The position numbers were made by a program, and so were the translations under genes. The notes beneath the pieces are model-generated. The model made no database searches, was not told where the DNA came from, and was given only the letters and a program-made list of their open reading frames with translations. A stretch of DNA of 57,626 nucleotides from a virus. Within the stretch, counting starts at the first letter, position 1, and every line of letters begins with the position of its first letter. The stretch is taken from IMG/VR virus record IMGVR_UViG_3300045988_064576. One strand, 5' to 3'. Below are positions 54,599 through 57,626 of this stretch, one piece after another.

Positions 54599-54962
54599 GT
54601 TTAATCTCCTTCTATTCGATCACGCCTTTTTTTATTTTTTGAAAAATTTTTAGAAATTAAAATTCTATTTATCTAAAATCTATATATCCGTTACCTGTAA
54701 AACCCTTATATATAACAATCATATATGTATTAAGCCTATATAATTTAATTATTTATTATATGTGTATGTGTAATGGTTATATATATTTATATTATATATA
54801 ATAGGGCTTTTTGTTTTGAAAAATGTTTGGGGTGCTTAGTAGGGACGTTTTTTGGGCCCTGTCCAACCCCCACCCCCTGCCAGCTGATCTGTTGGAGCTG
54901 ATCCGCTGCCGTTTTTGCTCCGTCATTTTGCACAAATAAAACCGGAATTAACACTGTAAAAA

Positions 54963-55625
54963 CTAAGTACACTCTGTTTTTACACTATCAACAACTATAT
55001 CTTGTGGTTTTAGCTCTATCTGTGCTATATCCTGTGGTTGTGTGTCTAATCTTGGAAGCTGTGCAGCTGTAAGCGGTTGCTGTTGCCGGTTGGCGTCGCT
55101 CGTATATGGAGAAGCCCAGCCGAATTGTCTATTGAGTACAGCTATCACGCCGACAGGATTCTTGTTACCTGTTACAAGCTTATTAGAAAGCGATTCCTCG
55201 CGATTTTCGCAAAGTTTTTTGTATATCCTCATACCCGTTGAGCTTAGCCGATCCGGTTTGTTCCATGTGGTCACTGTATCGTTGTCTATGCCTGTAAGAT
55301 TACTAAAACCCATAATAGATACTTCTTTATCATATAACATAGACATATATATATAATAATCACATATATCATTTAATAGATCATAGTTATATCTGTTATA
55401 ATTACTCATAATATTATTATTTATATTATATATATTGCTTTTATCTCTTAATATATCCTTGTCTCTAAATACATGGCGTTGGATATATCTAAGGCATGCG
55501 TTATATACAGACTGAGAAGCGGCGCGCATGTCCTCAATCTCTTGTTCTTCGCAAAAGATACGCAAATACATAGCTATATCATTTTCAAAGGTTTCTATGC
55601 CCTGTACCTGTTCGACCTGTTCCAT
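54963..55625 (-). CDS. Candidate terminase small subunit (P22 gp3-like)
   Basis: Start ATG 55625 after GGAAGGAAGG; ..FSNLTGIDNDTVTTWNK..NKLVTGNKNPVGVIAVLNRQFGW resembles gp3-type TerS C-terminal regions (from memory). Confidence 0.45.
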   Translation of the reverse strand: MEQVEQVQGIETFENDIAMYLRIFCEEQEIEDMRAASQSVYNACLRYIQRHVFRDKDILRDKSNIYNINNNIMSNYNRYNYDLLNDICDYYIYMSMLYDKEVSIMGFSNLTGIDNDTVTTWNKPDRLSSTGMRIYKKLCENREESLSNKLVTGNKNPVGVIAVLNRQFGWASPYTSDANRQQQPLTAAQLPRLDTQPQDIAQIELKPQDIVVDSVKTECT

Positions 55626-56154
55626 GTTCGCGCCTTCCTTCCTGATCTTTGGCAAATAAAAAAGCCGGCTAGACTGATCTAACCGGCGAAAGTTCATATA
55701 TAGCGCCCTCTTGCCTTGGCTTGTTTGTTATCTGCTCCGGGCGCATCTGCATATAACAACTATATACAAGCTTTATAAATTGGCTATACTATACCACTAT
55801 ATCTTGAATATGTCAATAATCTATGTGTGTATAGGCTCTATATCTTGTATATTTGTCTTTTATATGTCTATCAGGCATATAATTATATATAAACAAAAAA
55901 GCGACTATGAAAGCCGCTTTCCTGTCGTTGTAACATACCAAGAATAATATAAAAGGGAACTATAACCCTTTAATATAAAACATGTATATTATAGTGCTAT
56001 ATAATATATATTGTCAATATAATATATTATAATTTAATCATTGACATATAAATAATATAAGTGTATATTATAAACACGATATAACCATATTGGAATGTCA
56101 AATAAATCATTTACATTTATTTGCACAATTTAACCACATTGGAGCCGGCGCCTA

Positions 56155-56469
56155 TTAATAGGCGCCGGTTATTCTTTCATACATAAAATTTGTTAGCCTA
56201 TTGTCGAATTCTCCGCCGTTTATCATGTCGCACGCTTCCGCCTGCGTTCCAAAATGTCCAATAACTGTGCCGTCTCCACTGCATCCCATGATGCATTTTT
56301 CCCCGTCCGCGTTGATATATGTATGTGCATAACACCACAGCGCATACCTTGCACCTGGGAAAGTCATTTGCTGCATCCCTCCATCAACATAGTCATAGTC
56401 CTTTATAGCTAGCCTTGAGCCTGTTCTCTGCTCTAAATCCTTTACCGCTTTTTCTAATCTTTTAATCAT
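56155..56469 (-). CDS. Hypothetical protein
   Basis: ORF track 104 aa. Its stop lies inside the perfect palindrome CCGGCGCCTATTAATAGGCGCCGG. Confidence 0.5.
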   Translation of the reverse strand: MIKRLEKAVKDLEQRTGSRLAIKDYDYVDGGMQQMTFPGARYALWCYAHTYINADGEKCIMGCSGDGTVIGHFGTQAEACDMINGGEFDNRLTNFMYERITGAY

Positions 56470-56484
56470 AAATACCGCCCCTTT

Positions 56485-56718
56485 CTAATCTTCACAATAA
56501 CTTTTTACAACTTCTTCCACTTCTTCAGAAGTGAAGCAACCACCGAATACATCCGCCATATTATTGATATCTGTCTGACTGATCTGCTCGCGTGCTTTGT
56601 CGCTTAATTTCAACCCGTCCAGATAATCAGCAACCGCTTTGTTGAGTTTCCGGAGCTGATCGCCGCCCCTTCTCGTGATCTCGTCGATCTGGTCCATCGT
56701 CATTTCTTCGTATTTCAT
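56485..56718 (-). CDS. Hypothetical protein
   Basis: Start ATG 56718 after GGAGGGTGG. Confidence 0.5.
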   Translation of the reverse strand: MKYEEMTMDQIDEITRRGGDQLRKLNKAVADYLDGLKLSDKAREQISQTDINNMADVFGGCFTSEEVEEVVKSYCED

Positions 56719-56767
56719 AATTACCACCCTCCAGCCGTTCGGCTGCCTTTCGTTTTTGTTTGATCTT

Positions 56768-56796
56768 ATTATAACGCTATCGTTATATTATGTCAA
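56768..56796 (-). promoter_or_regulatory. Promoter with an RHH-type operator in the spacer (leftward, P2)
   Basis: Minus sense TTGACA-TAATATAACGATAGCGT-TATAAT. Confidence 0.55.
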
Positions 56797-56813
56797 TAGT
56801 TTTTCCAACTTTT

Positions 56814-57044
56814 TCAATCCATAAACGGACATTTACCCGAATCGCCTTGATCCGCTTGATCTTCTGTGATTTTTTGCTGATCTTCTAAGTGATCAAGCAC
56901 ACATTTAACTATAAATCCGTTTAGGCTTTCTCCTGCTGCCGCTCTGATCCGCTCCTCATCTTCTTTTTTGAATCTTACAAGAGCCTTGAAATATGCGTTT
57001 TTTTCATATTTAGCGGTTGCTTTTGCTTGCGCCTTTGTTGCCAT
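56814..57044 (-). CDS. Ribbon-helix-helix-like regulator
   Basis: 76 aa; ..YFKALVRFKKEDEERIRAAAGESLNGFIVKCVLDHL; flanked by ATAACG-N4-CGTTAT palindromes. Confidence 0.55.
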   Translation of the reverse strand: MATKAQAKATAKYEKNAYFKALVRFKKEDEERIRAAAGESLNGFIVKCVLDHLEDQQKITEDQADQGDSGKCPFMD

Positions 57045-57077
57045 AATAACGCCACCTTCCTATATAATGATAGCGTT

Positions 57078-57106
57078 ATTATAACGCTACTATATATATA
57101 TGTCAA
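57078..57106 (-). promoter_or_regulatory. Promoter with operator (leftward, P1, drives the RHH gene)
   Basis: Minus sense TTGACA-17 nt-TATAAT, overlapping the palindrome TAGCGTTAT-T-ATAACGCTA (57072-57090). Confidence 0.55.
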
Positions 57107-57239
57107 TGCTTTTATAAAGATATCGTTATTATAACGCTACTATATAATATAGAAGGAAAGCAACATATAAAGCTAGCTTTATACATATTGCACAATGAAT
57201 ATATAATGATAGCGTTATATATTTATGCATTATTCCATC

Positions 57240-57268
57240 TTGTAATAATATAACGATAGCGTTATACT
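57240..57268 (+). promoter_or_regulatory. Promoter with operator (rightward, drives the small plus-strand operon containing the ribozyme)
   Basis: TTGTAA-TAATATAACGATAGCGT-TATACT; the 17-nt spacer is identical to that of P2. Confidence 0.5.
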
Positions 57269-57316
57269 ATAACCAAGTTAAGAAACCAAGCACCAAACGA
57301 AAGGAATGAATCAAAT

Positions 57317-57430
57317 ATGAAAAATTACAAGATCACAGACAAGGCAACGCAGGCAATAATTGGAGTTGTAGCAATGACACTAGATCAGGCGCGGAAGGTT
57401 GAAAAGGATTTCATAGTTAAGGAGGCATAA
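57317..57430 (+). CDS. Hypothetical peptide (37 aa)
   Basis: MKNYKITDKATQAIIGVVAMTLDQARKVEKDFIVKEA. Confidence 0.35.
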   Translation: MKNYKITDKATQAIIGVVAMTLDQARKVEKDFIVKEA

Positions 57431-57433
57431 GAC

Positions 57434-57562
57434 ATGGAAAGATCTATTTTAGAAAATATGGTATTTGCTTTCATGGTCGGAGAATTAGGAATTGAACCGA
57501 TCACAGCAAGAAAAGAAGTTGAAAAAATGACGGATGAACAGTTAGAAAAATTTATTGATTAG
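57434..57562 (+). CDS. Hypothetical peptide (42 aa); its stop abuts the hammerhead
   Basis: RBS AAGGAGG; MERSILENMVFAFMVGELGIEPITARKEVEKMTDEQLEKFID. Confidence 0.45.
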   Translation: MERSILENMVFAFMVGELGIEPITARKEVEKMTDEQLEKFID

Positions 57563-57626
57563 CCGAAACGCTCCGACCTTGGAGCGTCAGCCGTGGGATG
57601 GTCTCCCGGCTCTGATGATGGCAGAC
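57508..57626. repeat. Second copy of the terminal overlap
   Basis: Identical to 1-119. Confidence 0.95.

Overview
The window is a complete temperate phage or prophage genome of about 57.5 kb. It was assembled as a circle: bases 1-119 are identical to 57508-57626. The tail type looks siphovirus-like (1492-aa tape measure, no sheath genes). The host is probably a low-GC Gram-positive bacterium, inferred from GGAGG-type ribosome-binding sites (RBS) and the endolysin type. About 90% of genes lie on the minus strand.

Gene order, by descending coordinate:
- 57.1-55.0 kb: small-gene block controlled by a ribbon-helix-helix (RHH) protein, plus a candidate small terminase.
- 54.6-48.1 kb: accessory island with a DUF3310-like gene, a divergent RHH + small serine recombinase pair, a tRNA/tRNA-like array, an HNH endonuclease and an amber-interrupted gene.
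- 48.1-27.0 kb: large terminase, portal, scaffold, capsid, connectors with embedded holin-like genes, major tail protein, chaperones with a -1 frameshift site, tape measure, Dit, Tal, tail fibre and endolysin.
- 26.7-25.4 kb: XRE-type CI/Cro switch.
- 25.3-7.0 kb: antirepressor; recombination genes (Rad50-like ATPase, annealing protein, frameshifted MBL-fold gene, SSB); two orphan DNA methyltransferases; replication genes.
- 6.6-5.3 kb: large serine integrase.
- 5.1-1.4 kb: cargo block of low-complexity and Cys-rich proteins.

Most notable signals found by reading the DNA:
1. A 14-bp in-frame inverted repeat brackets a ~710-bp segment. Inverting it would swap the tail-fibre C-terminal domain for a silent, oppositely oriented cassette. 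The only invertase-sized recombinase is 24 kb away, beside its own RHH gene and a tandem-repeat operator.
2. A near-canonical type II hammerhead ribozyme sits directly after a small plus-strand gene and is followed by a tRNA-like acceptor/T-arm mimic. That operon is driven by one of three promoters carrying the same RHH operator in the spacer.
3. The tRNA array mixes three canonical tRNAs (Tyr, Ser, Gln) with several aberrant tRNA-like elements.
4. Recurrent motifs occur in intergenic regions: TTGTCCGGACA, GATCAGC iterons and 10-bp-phased TTTGCGTA repeats.

All functional calls rest on motifs I recognise by eye. No database search was run.
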